In this document: positions 11,378-24,016 of the stretch, piece after piece | How the letters are laid out: each line of letters opens with the position of its first letter | Position numbering within the stretch: position 1 is the first letter of the stretch | Assembly (NCBI RefSeq): GCF_000315625.1 | Contig: NW_005434618.1 | Span: 145,038 to 209,037 of the forward strand | Length of the DNA stretch: 64,000 nucleotides | DNA from: Guillardia theta CCMP2712 | Taxonomy: Eukaryota > Protista > Cryptophyta | Direction: 5' to 3' | Position numbers and translations under genes: made by a program | The notes under the pieces: model-generated | Seen by the model: only the letters and a program-made list of their open reading frames with translations | The model's database searches: none | What the model was told of the DNA's origin: nothing

Positions 11378-12746
11378 GGTAAACAGCTATTGGAGCATCG
11401 TGAAACGACAAAAGCTGCAGGGGGAATGTGGGGAAGAGGAGGGAGGGGAGCATAATAAGCAGGATAAGAGAGGGAGGAGATGAAGGAGAGAGGAGGATGA
11501 AGAGGAGGATGAAGAGGAGGATGAAGAGGAGGATGAAGAGGAGGATGAAGAGGAGGATGAAGAGGAGGATGAAGAGGAGGATGAAGAGGAGGATGAAGAG
11601 GAGGATGAAGAGGAGGATGTGTATCGATGGCGGCATTGCGAAAAGGAGCATGCCAAAACGAACCTTCAGGAACTGCATGCTTGCGCTTGTAAAACTTGCA
11701 CACAGTGGGGTGCACTACAAAAGCAAAGGGGGTAGGTAGGAGAATGGGGGGGGTCCCTCAGCAAATAAATGATTTCACACTATCTTTTGCCTTCTGTTGG
11801 CTGAGATGTGATGGGGTAGGGGTGGTAGGATAAGGGGTGATAGTAAGAGTCCCTTTTTCTTTTCTTTTTTTTCAGAACGTTCAAATGTTTTTTAGATCAG
11901 AAAGTTGGTTGACCACCCTTACCCCCACCCCCTTCAAGCTTCTGTACCTGACACTTGAACTATTGAGTTGTGTGCCTCCTCTTTCTCAAAGGCATTTTAT
12001 CATAGTATTGTGCTACCTTTAGGCGCATCCATACTCCATCTCTTTCAAATTAGTACCCTTACCCCACACATTCACCTGAGGCTCCCTTCACTATCCTACA
12101 TCCCTCCGCCAAAAATACTTGTAAAATTCTACGACCCCCTGGGGGGACGTGACCTCTGGTACACCGGCTTCTGCGGTCCACCTTGGTGACAAGTTGGGGT
12201 GGTGGTGTATTTAGGGTGGTGAACGAGAGGGTATGGACCGAGGTAGTACCCACTCACAGCTCATTAGTTGACTCTGATAAGGGGGGTTCAATATCAAGAT
12301 AGACGAAGGGGATGGGTAGTACCCACCATTGCTGCCTCTACACCGCCATCATCACCCTCATGCATTTTGGTTTTCCGCGCACCCTGGCGCACCATGCAGG
12401 GGGTTGAGAAGGTGGCGAGGGATTGAGAAAGGCGGAGAAGAGCACAGAAGGAGGGGGAGGGGGAGGGGGGGGAGGGGGAAAGACTGAAAGACAGCGAGAA
12501 AGACACAGATAAATAGATTGAAAATGTAGAGCAGGTATGATGGGAAACGAAGAATGACAGATGTCAGATGCACGAGAAGGAAGCAAAATTCAAACCTGGA
12601 TACTTACTCGACATGTCCTTGCCCCCAGTGATTCGAAAGCTCGTTCTGATTTACTCCTCTCTCTCTCACTCTTGACGTCTATCTGCAACCATTGACGAGA
12701 TTCGTTGGACTTCATCGTGCCCATTTTGGAAGGAATGGGTTGCCAT
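10570..12746 (-). CDS. small single-pass membrane protein (hypothetical); last exon 10570-10776, 5' exons tentatively at ~12608-12746
   Basis: Last exon MAQEFNIDHDHHDGPPGP...DMIYMVMGAVACLIIGVPMVIMRHRAALAAAKRKMD* is preceded by a tgcag acceptor. Candidate upstream exons MATHSFQNGHDEVQR... end in a gtaagt donor near 12607. Confidence 0.45.
11345..11375. repeat. (CTG)n trinucleotide repeat
   Basis: About 10 CTG units. Confidence 0.95.
11490..11619. repeat. 12-bp minisatellite (GAGGAGGATGAA) x ~11
   Basis: Perfect tandem units; they produce spurious poly-S, HPPL and LFIL ORFs. Confidence 0.95.
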
Positions 12747-12837
12747 AGCTAGGGTCGCATCTAGCCAGAGAATGCAGTTGGTGCAGGAATGAGTTCCACC
12801 TTACGCAATAAGATGTGTAATACGCTCAGAAAGTATT

Positions 12838-15675
12838 ATGTCAAACAATGTTAATGCGTGCTCACATACAAGAGGAGCTAGCGCTCAATTTCTTTTTATG
12901 TTGACTCTCTTGACTTGCTTTCTTCCAGGCAGCACCTCGCTTTCTTGTCTCGAGCATGAAGGTGAAAAGCATTCAGTTCGAAGAAAGATGCTTATATTTC
13001 ACAGGTTGTGGTTGTGGGTGGGAATGGCGAGCTTGGGAGCTATCTCTGCCCAGCTCTCTTAGAATCAGGACACCAAGTTGTGTCAGTGAATCTAGATGAC
13101 AATGAACCGTATACGAAGGAAGATGATCGCTGGAATAAGATAGAGACTCATTTGCTGAGTCGTGATGGCAATACAAGCCAAAAATTCTGCGAGTCGATCA
13201 TCGGGTTTCAGCCTGATATTTTGATCGATGGTTCTTGTTTTGAACTCGCGCAATGCAAGGAGCTTGTGGATTCGATCAAAGGCACGAATATCAAACAATA
13301 CATTCATATTGGGACCATTCATGCATATGGAACAGATGCTTTGAGACCATGGACTGAAGATGGTGGAAGGGGGTCTGTCCACAGTGTTTTTGGTTTTGAG
13401 CAAAAGATGATGGAAGAATACATAATCAGGGAGCATCAAAAGTCCAATTTTCCTGCAACAGTCCTTCTTCTCTCAGATTTGGTGGGCAAAGGTTGGTGTC
13501 CGATCAATTGTCAAGGGTTGTACGATCCTATTGTCTTCAAAGCGATGAAGACCGGAGGATGGATCATGATTCCCTCTCAGGTTAGTGTGGTTCAGTTTTG
13601 TCGTGTTGAAGATGCTGTTGAAGCTGTCGAAGCTTGCATTTCAAAGTTTGATAGCGTCTTGGGTCAGACATTCAATATCACAACACAACCGATCTCTGTC
13701 TTGCAGTATGCAGTTGATACATCGAAGACAGCTTTTGATAGAGATCCAGACTTGCGGCAGAGAAAGTGGATGGATATGTCTTACGCACTCGACAAGTCAA
13801 CGCTGGCACTTCCAGAACTGTGGGTAGCTCCAGAGGCTTGTGACAACATCTATCGCAGAAATTTCGCATCGAATCAGAAAGCGACGGAGATATTAGGTAT
13901 CAACTTTCGTGGACCCATACAAACCATTGTGCCAGTGGCGAGATGGATTGCGGACACCGAAGAGGTTGTTTCTCGGCCGAGACGACCCAATGTAAGCAAA
14001 TTCTTGGGCACTGGAAGAGAAGAATTCGTTGCTAGCGAGAAATTTCAAGGAAAACGAGACTGTTACATCTACAAGGATGGTCGACATGGCAAAGGATATT
14101 ATATTGATTTTGGTCCATTCGTGGAGTGGCAGAGCATGACATGGAGGAGACTTCGAGAACAGCAAGTGAAAATGGGAATGGATTCCGAACATATCACATG
14201 GTGGGAGGTTTTCAAATATTTCGTTCTTCCTATCATGTTCTGGATCACTCTTTTCCTCGTCTCGACTTTATTCTTCGAAGGTTTCCAGGTTGATGTTTTA
14301 CCGATAATTTTCGAGCTGAATTGCTAGCAGGGAATGCTTGTCTACATGTCCTGGGCAAGTAATATGTTCTCGTCGGTGCCTAGAGAGCCTCCTCGACCAT
14401 TCACTTCCAATATAATCTTAAATACTTCGGACTACGCTGAGCTGGCAGTCTGGCACAATCTGCTTCCCATGCGTGGCTACTTAGCAAATTACACCAAGGA
14501 AGAATCTCAAATGGCTGCCAAACATTGCCGAACTCTGCTTTATTTCCATGGAAATGCAGAGAACAGGAATAAGCAGGTGTGCTTCAATGCAAATTGTTTC
14601 TCTCAAATCTGAAATGCTCCAGGCATGGAAGCTTGCCTGGTACGCGAAGAAGACTGGAGCGAATGTCGTGACCTTCGACTATCGGGGATTTGGTGACAGT
14701 CTTTGCCCAAAAGTTCCATTTGCAGTTTGTCCCACCGAGGTTGGAAATGGCCTGTGCTGAGATTTTGAAACGTGCTAAGCTTTGGTGCAGTCTGGAATTT
14801 ATGAAGATGCGTACAGTGTCTTCGAATTCCTCACGTCTTCCCCTGAAAGCCAAAAACGAGGACTGGGAATCGATCCGCGGTAAGCACAGCCTCTTTGCCT
14901 TTAGGAATGAATGGGAAATGTGCCCAGCTGTATTGTTTTTCATGGACATAGTTTTGGCTCTGCGGTAGCCACGCGCTTAGCCGCATTTCTGACTTCCAAG
15001 GGCAAGGCGCCAGGTGGAAGGTAGCGGATGAATGGTATCGAGTACTGAAATTCCTTTACTGGATCAGGTGGCCTGATCTTGGAATCGCCATTCACAGAAG
15101 TTCTTGATGTAAGCATGGAATCTTCCATGTCGCCTTTTTCCTACCTCCCATCAACTTTCAACGAGCTCTTCAAACCCCTCTTGAAGAGCAAGCTTAAGCA
15201 CAAGTTCCAGCAGGTAGTCTGAATTGCTCTTGACTTCTCCATTCGTATAATGATGAATTTGGACAGGTGAAATTCATCAAGAATGTCTCTTCACCTGTGC
15301 TCTTTCTCCATGGAGAAAAGGACAAAATTGTTCCTGTCACCATGTCTTCCAAGCTATACAAGGTCTCATAATCTATTTAACTCTGTTTCTTGTGTTCATG
15401 GTTGATTTTTCTTCATCTTTCATGCATCCGATCTTCAACTGACTTGTGAGGGTGTTCAGGTCCGAGAGAGTGAACAGACTTTATGTACCGAGTCGGAACT
15501 CCCTTGCTCGGACTTGCTGATGCTCCCAACGGCTGATCACGACTCAGTCATGAAGGGTCTGGACGCACAGGTAGGGGTAAACTTTATTATTTTATTGGCC
15601 AACTGAATCGCACACCAGGGAAAGGTTTTGGATTTTGTATCGAAGGTGTGGAAGAACAAGAGGAGAAGGAAGTAA
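12838..15675 (+). CDS. fusion of an atypical extended SDR (NAD-dependent epimerase/dehydratase-like), a TM helix and an ABHD12/13 (Bem46)-like alpha/beta hydrolase
   Basis: SDR: MK|VVVVGGNGELGSYL (GGxGxxG), YIHIGT, FCRVEDAVEA, GQTFNI. TM: FVLPIMFWITLFLVSTLFF. In-frame 42-nt intron 14289-14330. Hydrolase: LLYFHGNAENR, FDYRGFGDS, GHSFGSAVA, LILESPF, HGEKDKIVP, ADH. Stop at 15673-15675; start uncertain. Confidence 0.8.
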
Positions 15676-16177
15676 CTACTAAGGTCAAGTTGGCAACACG
15701 GGACTGGGCCTCCGGACTCATCGTCGGCGCCGGTGGCAACAAGTTTACTATCATGTATAAAGAACCGAAAACCGTCACGTCGCGGTGGCGGCACTGCCGC
15801 GGATCACGCTGAGCCTCTCAGGCCACTCCGAGTCCCCGGCCCGGCCCAGTGCCAGTGGCGGAACTTGACCGGGGACGACTCCGACGAGCCCCGCCCGGCC
15901 GGGAGTCACGGCGGGCGTGACTGGCCACCTTCCGGCCGGCCGGCGCCGGGCCGCGGGAATTCATTATAAGGGTGTTGACTAAGCAAGAACTGAACGTTTA
16001 TAGTCAATATATTTCCCAACGGAAACGGATAGTCTGCGCACAATTTCATGTAGTCTGACAATTTTGGAAATTGATTTGTAACGTTGAAAATTTGGAATAT
16101 CATATGAAATATGCTCACCATCACAATTACAAAAGCAACACTGAAGTACCCTCACAGGAACATACTGGACCTCCGAA

Positions 16178-17207
16178 ATGCCGCCCAAGAAGAATGAACC
16201 CCCTCCGCCCGCGGTGAGACGCCACCATGCGCTACTCCATCCTCCTCTGTGCCCTCCTCATTCCATCTCTTTTCCTTCGTCCCTCTTTTCCTCTCTGCTT
16301 CTCCTCCTCCTGTTGTCACTCCCGATATTCAACTCAAAGATCCCTCGATGACTGTCTTCATGCGCTTTCTCCCGAATCAAATCTGATAGCGATCATGCTC
16401 TACAGGCAGCGGAACCTGAAGAAACCGAGGAGAAGTTTGGAGTGTGGGAGGGAGAGAAGGACAAAAACCAGCTTCCCCACGGAAAGGGAAAAGCAACGTA
16501 TCCCAACGGAGACACGTTCGAGGGAACTATCGAACACAATCAACGGGAGAAGGAGGGTGTCTACACGTGGAAGCACGTGGAAGGAGCCAAGTGCGTCGCA
16601 GTGTACAAGGGCAGCTACGAGTCCAATCTCAAGCATGGCAATGGCACTATGACGTACCCTGACGGCGGAGTCTACGAGGGCTCCTGGGATCATGGCCTCA
16701 GGCAAGGGCAGGGAACCTTCAAGTATCCCAACGGCGACTCGTATGTTGGTAGCTGGTCGCAGGGGAAGAAGTCAGGGCAGGGAATCTACTTCTCGTTCGC
16801 GGGATCATGCTGGTACTCAGGGGTGTGGAAGGATGGGAACTTTCAGGAAGGAGAATGGCTGGTATTATTTCGCTTTATTTCTTGTTTTCCACATCATAAA
16901 CTCTCCTGTGTACAGTTCAAGGACAGGAGCAAGTACATCGGAGCCTTCCGGGATGGCAAGCCAGCTCCTGGAGAGGGCGTCTTTGTCTTTCCTAACGGAA
17001 ACAGGCTCAAGGGACAGTGGGTATGTTCCTGTGCACCATAACGACGACATTGAGTTTTGGTGGCAGATCGAAGAGCATGTGGAGGGTTCTGAGGATCCGC
17101 CTAAGCTCTACTGGTGAGTCCTTGCGAACTTTTGGTAACTTCACAAAGTTTCTTGCCCCTGACAAGCCTTTAGGGTTGGAGGAGAACTGGAAGTTCAGTC
17201 CACATGA
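16178..17207 (+). CDS. MORN-repeat protein, radial spoke head 1 (RSPH1/RSP10)-like
   Basis: MPPKKNEPPPPA first exon; tandem MORN repeats PHGKGKATYPNGDTFEG, KHGNGTMTYPDGGVYEGSW, RQGQGTFKYPNGDSYVGSW. Confidence 0.85.
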
Positions 17208-17319
17208 TGCGCCTCTCGATTGCTTCTTCTTATGGACCGTGAGGAGGAAGCGATCAGATCAGATCTTGAAGAAGAGGTTGTAAATTAAAGGATAAGCTGA
17301 TCTCTCCCTCGCTCTGTCC

Positions 17320-18199
17320 TCACAGCGTCATTCCACCCCCGATGGTTCGCAGCTCCAGATAGAAGACAAGGGGCGAGTTGGGAGGGATCGGCCCTGATCC
17401 TCTCTCGCCGTATGCGAGCTTGGGAGGGATCAAAACGACTCTCTTCCCCCCTGTCTTCATCCCCAGAAGCGCTTCCTCGAAGCCGGGGATCAGTGAGCCT
17501 CTGCCAAGCCTGAACGCGACTGGAGGTCCGTCGGGCGTGATGAGTGAGAAAGGGAAGAGGGCAGGGCGGTAAGACGAGTCGAAGAGCGAACCATCCAGAA
17601 GGTACCTGCGGCCAACGATCAACGAGCAGCCCGGGAGAGAAGAACATCATGATGCACCACAAGGAGCTTAACAAGTAACAGAAATGCATGGCTTCAATGC
17701 GACAGTCTCACCCGGCATAGTGAGCCCTGACTGTGTCTTCTGGGGAGGGGGACGATCCTTCGCCTACCACCACATCCTTGTACTTGATCCCTGAAGCAGA
17801 GACCTGCAGGATGCGATCAAAAGAGCCAAATCCAAAAATCCTGAATACCTTAAAATCAGCAAATTCTTCCTCTTTGAACTTGCCGTCATGTTGTGGCCAC
17901 GACGAGCTGAAAGCATCTTGAGCTAAGGCAGGAGAGATCGGTGCTGCAAGGGCTCCTGTGGTCACGGCCAGGGAAAGCTGGAGCAGCTCCCTTCTCGACG
18001 TTCCCTCAGTCATGCCCGACGAGCACCTAAGACCGAGCAACGCTCGCTGTTGAGTAGTCTGGAGTGCAGAGGAAGCAGGATGAGTCGAACTAGTTCGGCT
18101 CTGACCTAGAGCAGGCGAGGTGAAGCGAGGGGAGCAGGTGAAGGCCTCACATGCCACCATTGTGGCGGCCAGCGCACACACAGTCCTAGCAAGCAGCAT
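17320..18199 (-). CDS. plastid thylakoid-lumen FKBP-type peptidyl-prolyl isomerase
   Basis: Signal peptide ...VACEA-F, transit peptide, twin-Arg SRRELL...PALA lumen signal; FKBP core GIKYKDVVVGEG..VRAHYAG|YLLDGSLFDSSY..LIPGFEEALLGMKTGGKRVVLIPPKLAYG..IPPNSPLVFYLEL. Confidence 0.92.
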
Positions 18200-18638
18200 G
18201 GCTCGAAAATCCAAAAATCCACTGGGCAAGCCCTTTTACTCAAAGTTAAGTGAAAAATCAGTACGTGGACAATCAAGAGGAAGCTAGGCCGGGCTACCTT
18301 CGGCCCGGACTCTCACTGCGAGTCACAAAGGTCACGGTTGATCAAAGAAGCCTGAGACACCCGGAGGTTGCTCAACGGCGTAACCGTTAGTTAAAGTTGA
18401 CTTGAAGCCCAAGCCAGTGGTGAAGAGATCGGAACGGACGGATAAAGAAACAATTGTGATGTATGTACAATAGATACACAAAACTTTCCGCCGAATCGGA
18501 TGAGGCAAAGCGCAACTTTCATCACACACTCGGTGCGCCGCTCTCAGGCCGCAGGCCGCCCGCTCGGCGGCGCCCGATCTCCCGGGGAGACTCTGAGACT
18601 CAGGCTTTGACTCTCTGAAGCCTCCGAAGATCCGAAAT

Positions 18639-21600
18639 TTACAAGTTGAAGGTCTCGACGTGACAATCAAATCCATGAAGCCTGCAAGTAACTCGGTGAG
18701 GTGGCCCGCAGCGAGAGGGAGATGACTCGATTCAGACCTTGAACGGGAGGAAGCCGACGAGACGAGCGAGACAGGCCCGCAGACCAGCGTCTGCAGAAGA
18801 ACATCGACTAGTGAGCACAAGTGACAGCAAAGGAGAGACAGTCAGGGAGAGACTGTAACAGTGCTTCCAGGGTAGGAGGAGTAGAAGGACAAGCTCGATG
18901 AGGGGCCGCGAGCTTACCGCCACGTCAGTTCCTCTCGTGTCCCGCGCGATGGTGTTGAAGATGCGATCCATGTCAGGCCTGCATGTTGCTGGTGAGAGAG
19001 CGACGTTAGGACAGCAGCTCCTCCTACCTCTCCTTCTTAAAGGGCATCGATGACGAGGCCATACTCCTCCCCTGTCAGCCGTATCAGGCGACTCGCTGCA
19101 CGTGCAGGTCCTTCACCTGTCTGTTGTCCCTGGTGACAAACAGCTGGACCTTCATAGAAAAGCCGCTGGAGCCGCTGGAGAATCGCGTGAGACACGTTGG
19201 AGGGCAATAAGGCTTGTGACCTCGTGACCATAGAGGCGGAGAAGCATCGCAGGAGAAGTGCCTGCAGTCCACCCCTCAGCCTTCCTCTCTGTCACTTCCT
19301 CTCCTCCCGTCACCTCAAACCACATGAGCTGGTCATAGCTCTGTACAGTCCAAACAAGCCAGATTCTCCTACAAAGTAGCGTCAGGAGGAGAAAGAGGCG
19401 AAGGAGCAAGATAAAAACGAGGAGGAAGAGGAGGAAGAGCAAGCGAACGAAAAGGAGGAGGAGGAGGAACTCGGTATACCGCAGGTGAGGCAGGAGATTG
19501 GTACGCCTCTCTGAGTCAAGGGCCATTTCCTGAGAAGAGTTGAGGGGTGAAAGAGGAAGGGAAGGGATGGAACACCAGTAGAGGTGCCATAGGAGTGAAG
19601 CCAACGCCACCGGCGATGAGGACGAGCTACGAGAAAGCATGAGAGGACAGGACGAGCGAGACAGCGAGCATGCAGCTTTCACGTACATCCGGGTACTCTT
19701 CCAGCTTCACACTCATGTGACCTGAGAGTAAGGGTGGCTCAGAACTAGACTCAGGGCAGGAGGATGAGGGTACCGTAAGGTCCTTCCAGGCGCACGCGCA
19801 AGTCGGAACCCTGACCGTAATGCTTCAGACTCAGCGGAGATGTAGAGGAGGCTGACCTTCTCTTGCGCCGCAAGACGAAGACGATCCGTCCAGGTATTCT
19901 CCCCCATGTTCTGCAAAGATAAAGAATGAGGCAAGTGTGTCAGAGACAGCCCATAGCGTCTTTACCTTGATGTGCAGCGTGATGCCCATCGGAAGCTGTG
20001 GCCGGCCATTATGACAAGTCGCCTCTCACGTTGTATCATAATCTTACCTCTCCGCTGTGCGATATCGACGACTGCAGAGAACAAGCATGTCAAAACAAGT
20101 TGCAAGTCAAAGAGGTACACGAAGATTTGTATTACATCGGTGCTGGCTTGCATCTCGATGTCTTTGTCTGTGTCGTATACGAAGCTACAAGCCCTCTGTC
20201 AGAATGCTTGCTGCCCTCCATGACTCGGCATACCCCGACACTGAGAACGGATGCCAGATGGTTGGGTCACCTTAAGCAGGCAGTAAGATGTGGCCGTCGA
20301 GATATGAGAACAAGAGACGCACATGTGACATCGGGGCAAGAGATGTACACGAACGAGCCGAGAGACCTTGTTCCTCTGCAGAATTATCAGCCAACTCAGC
20401 TCAAAGCAAGAGGAAGAAGACAGAGTTGTGAAGCAGTGCAAGTTTGTATAAGTGTGTGTATGTACGGTTTGCTTTACCTCTTCCATAATGTGCGAGCAAA
20501 GTAGGGGCAGATGATCTCGATCTTGGTCAAATCATTGCTGTAGACCTGAGAAAAGTCAAGACCAGGAAGGCCTAGTGATGCCGGAATGAATTACCGTCGT
20601 TGACTTCACAGTTGCAATTCGAAGCCACAGCAGAATCCTGCAAATTTTGTGAGCGCACTAGCTGATTGCGACAAGTGGACAATGACCTGACAATCCAATC
20701 CAACGCAAACAGAACAAGCGGAGGCAGAATTTGAGCGAATGTGTCTGTAGCATGCAATACTGAGAACAAGAGCGCCTGACAAAGGTGTTACTCGAACAAT
20801 CACTTGTTGCATGTCATTCTCTTGCACCGGGAAGGCGAGCATATGCATGTAGTAGAAGAGCTCGAAATATTTCCTTCTGATTGGCTCAACCGCGAAGATG
20901 GCCATCAGCAACATGGCAATCTAGTGGAAAATCAATCAACGATCTTCCCTCTCCCAATGGTCAAGAAAGTCTCACCCCAGCAAGTGCTCCCCACAAATTT
21001 CCAAATCCTACAATCAAAATTTAACCCGGAGTTGCAAACTCGAAGAATTGTCAAATCTTCACCCCAGAATGTTATCCTCGTACTAAACTGATCCAAAATC
21101 CCATACTGCACAGAATGTGATCAGCAAAGCAAGAGACACTCAACGAAATAGCAGCAGAACCTGTGCAATCATGAAGATGGCGTGCGCGAAGAGAAAGAAG
21201 AAAGTAACCCGTCCAACCACACGATGATACTTGATACATCTCTCAAAGCTTATCCCTGGAAAATATATCATACAGTGCTCTCCTTGTCAAGTTGTTACCT
21301 ATGAGCGCCGGCCAGATTGAGTTTCTTGTCGGAAGAAGCAAGCTCAAAGCCAAGTTGGATTGAAGCAAGCGACCGAAAGCCCTGGACATCCGTTTCAGAA
21401 CACGTGCAGTGGAACTTGGTCTCACCTTGCTGCTGCTGCATCGTACGGGTTCGGGTACACGGAATTCAAGGAGGTGACCTTGCTGGCTTCTGCATTCATC
21501 TTGGAGATCCAGAGACCGAGGGATGCAAACTGCATGCATGCTCAACATCGTCACAGGACTTGAGAAATGAAGAACCTGAGCGACGTAGAAGATGAGATAT

Positions 21601-22953
21601 GACAAAAACTCTCCGACTGTAAGAGCTGGTGTAGACAATCAGGACTCGTAGACGACAAAGAAAAAGGTCCTTACTCGAGATGGTTGGGAAAAAGTCGGCT
21701 GTCAAAATGCGCGTCCAAAAACCGCAAGAAACTGCAAAGAAGGCTAAGCATGGAAGGCTCAGAATGTGTATCCTTACATTTGCTCTCGTTGTAATACCAG
21801 TCCGACATTTTGAATTCCTGCAAGAATATAAGCAAAAGGCAAACATCAAGGATAAGATGTGCACAGATTGGAACAAGTGGCGATTCATATATCCTCCGAA
21901 CGCCCCTGGTTCATTTGTCCACTTCGACAACATTGCTCCGAAAATCTGTACGCCATCATACAAAACTAACATTAGAGCTCAAAGAACTCACGATGGCCAA
22001 CAAGGGGAGGTAGAAAGCTAGGATGCAAACGAGGTAACTGGTGTTGTTGTTCCTGTAATGCTTCAAAAAAACGGATTTTGGGATTCTCATCATGACAACC
22101 TGGACTGAAACATGCCGTACTGCGGTGGTTCCAGAATACTGCTGGGAGGGACTTTCCCAGACATGCTCGTTCTAATGTCGTACCAGCTGAGTGAGAGTCA
22201 AGAGAACTTCTGTAAAACACGCCAGCCATTTGCACTAACACGCGAAAGGTTTCCACCAGGAAGACCTGAATTCCAAGATCCTTGGACGTCGCAGGCCACT
22301 TGATACCTGGTGCCAGGTAAGCTCCACAGTAAATTATACATCACGACTGCTTACGCAGCTGGAGAGGATTCTCTTTGTTCCAGTACCCTGGAACACATCA
22401 AATACACCCCGGCAGCAACAACTCCTACCATCTCTAGTAAAATGGGATACTGCTGAGAACTTGCTCGGACAGGAATCGAAGAGAACAGTATAGGCCTAAT
22501 TATACATCCTTGTCGTAAGAGACTCTTCTCATATCACCACCATGTTTGTCCTACCGGCAAAGGAAACTGAAAAGTTCCCAGAGGAGCTCCGGTTTCCATG
22601 TCGAACGTTTTGACGAGGAAGCCCAGGAAACCGTTGGCGTCCGTGCTCTGAGACAGAGTCACTCTACATCTTATTCGCATCGCAATGAGCACCGTGATAG
22701 TTAAGTTCGCAAATTTGTAGCCATCGACAATTGCAGTCTCTTCCTGGGGTAAAATCTAAAGTACGTCAGTTCAAGGGATTAACCCCAACCAAGTCCCATC
22801 TACCTGAAAATTCCCTTGTGGACTATTCGCTTGGTTTGGCAAGTGCGAGTCGGAAAAGATTCCATAACAACTTCCAGAGATCTCTCGGTATGCTTCCCCA
22901 GCTTGCAGAAAGCACAAAGCCAGGAGGGCAAGAACGCTTCTTGCTCCCAACAT
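18639..22953 (-). CDS. Reeler-domain + FRE/FRO-type ferric reductase (TM heme, FAD- and NADPH-binding domains); many introns
   Basis: Signal peptide MLGARSVLALLALCFLQAGEA. Reeler-like segments GFLGFLVKTFD...PLGTFQF and C..KFSAVSH. Heme motifs YHRVVGRVTFFFLFAH and RRKYFELFYYMHML. FAD motif WHPFS; NAD motif LVLIAGGVGFTP; LVCGP; C-terminus HVETFNL* (stop 18639-18641). Confidence 0.85.
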
Positions 22954-22989
22954 CCTCACTGGCGAATTGACCAGTCTTAAGGAGCAGGG

Positions 22990-23740
22990 AGATGCCTGAG
23001 GGAAGAAGGTAGGGAAGAAGTGTGCGCGATGAAGTTGGAAGTGGAGATGAGAATGCGTGAGTACGCAAGACTGAAAGGGTAGAGGAGGTGGCGGATGAAG
23101 CTGTCTGGGGAAGTAGGGGGCGGGGAATGAAGGGGGTAGGAGCAACGATGGAACCAGAGTACATATGATTATCTATGGAGGGGTGGGTGTAAGGGTTTCT
23201 ACATCAAAGGTAGGGTCATTCTATAGGGTGGGGTAGGGGTGATTGAGCACTCTTGGGGGTATGCAGCATGGGTACAAGTGTAAATAAGCGAACGAAATAA
23301 GCTGGATCATTTTCTTAGAGGGTGGGGTGGTCTGGTGACCTTGAGAATCTTCATAGAACAGGGGTAGGCAAAGCAGGGGTGGGGTGGCTCTGCGATCTAT
23401 TAAAAGGATGCGGTGGGGGGTGAGAGAATCGGGATTAGTAATTAAGGTGGGTGGGGTGATATTCTGGGATGGCTGCAGTTTTTGGATGCACGGAGAGCTA
23501 GGTAGTAGGTAGGGTACTCCTGCATGCGGTGAGGAGGCCAGGGGTAGAGCAGTGGAAATCGAGGGGTCGTCCGGTGTAGGATGAGAAATTGGTGGGGTGG
23601 GGTTGACCTGGTCAAAGCGTACAGATAGAGGTTTCATGAGTAGCGGTACAAACATGGGGACAGAGGGGGTAGTCGAACGTGTTATTTTTCCGGGGATGCG
23701 GACGCATTTCGCCTCCATAAATAGATGCATCCCTAGCACG
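22990..23740. repeat. G-rich degenerate intergenic tract (GGGGTGGG/GGGTAG runs), similar in style to 11720-12330
   Basis: Strong strand-asymmetric G-runs; no credible coding frame. Confidence 0.5.
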
Positions 23741-24016
23741 AAATGATGCAGAGAACTCAGTTTGAACGGCCCGCCGACGGTCGGTGACCTTCACGGTCCG
23801 ATCACTGAGAGGTACCGTTTCGAAGTGCGGTACTGTCCGACGGTCACGGTGACTGGCAGGTCACAGAGTCTGCATGATCGGACAGCTTCACTACTTCAAG
23901 ATTTGTGTGGACCGTACTTGCGCGCCGCGGCTCGGCCAGGCGAAAACGTTCCAACAATTCTACTCGAGTTTTAGACATAACGTTGCCAAGTTGACGGCCT
24001 GGCGCAGCCTCACTGT

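Noticed and set aside
11232-11739. Poly-Ser, HPPL, LFIL and RRMK repeat ORFs
   Set aside because: Translations of the 12-bp minisatellite and CTG tract; no coding context
7550-22953. MCO + ferric reductase as a Fet3/Fre-like iron-uptake cluster
   Set aside because: The MCO lacks copper ligands, no FTR1 permease is seen, and unrelated genes intervene
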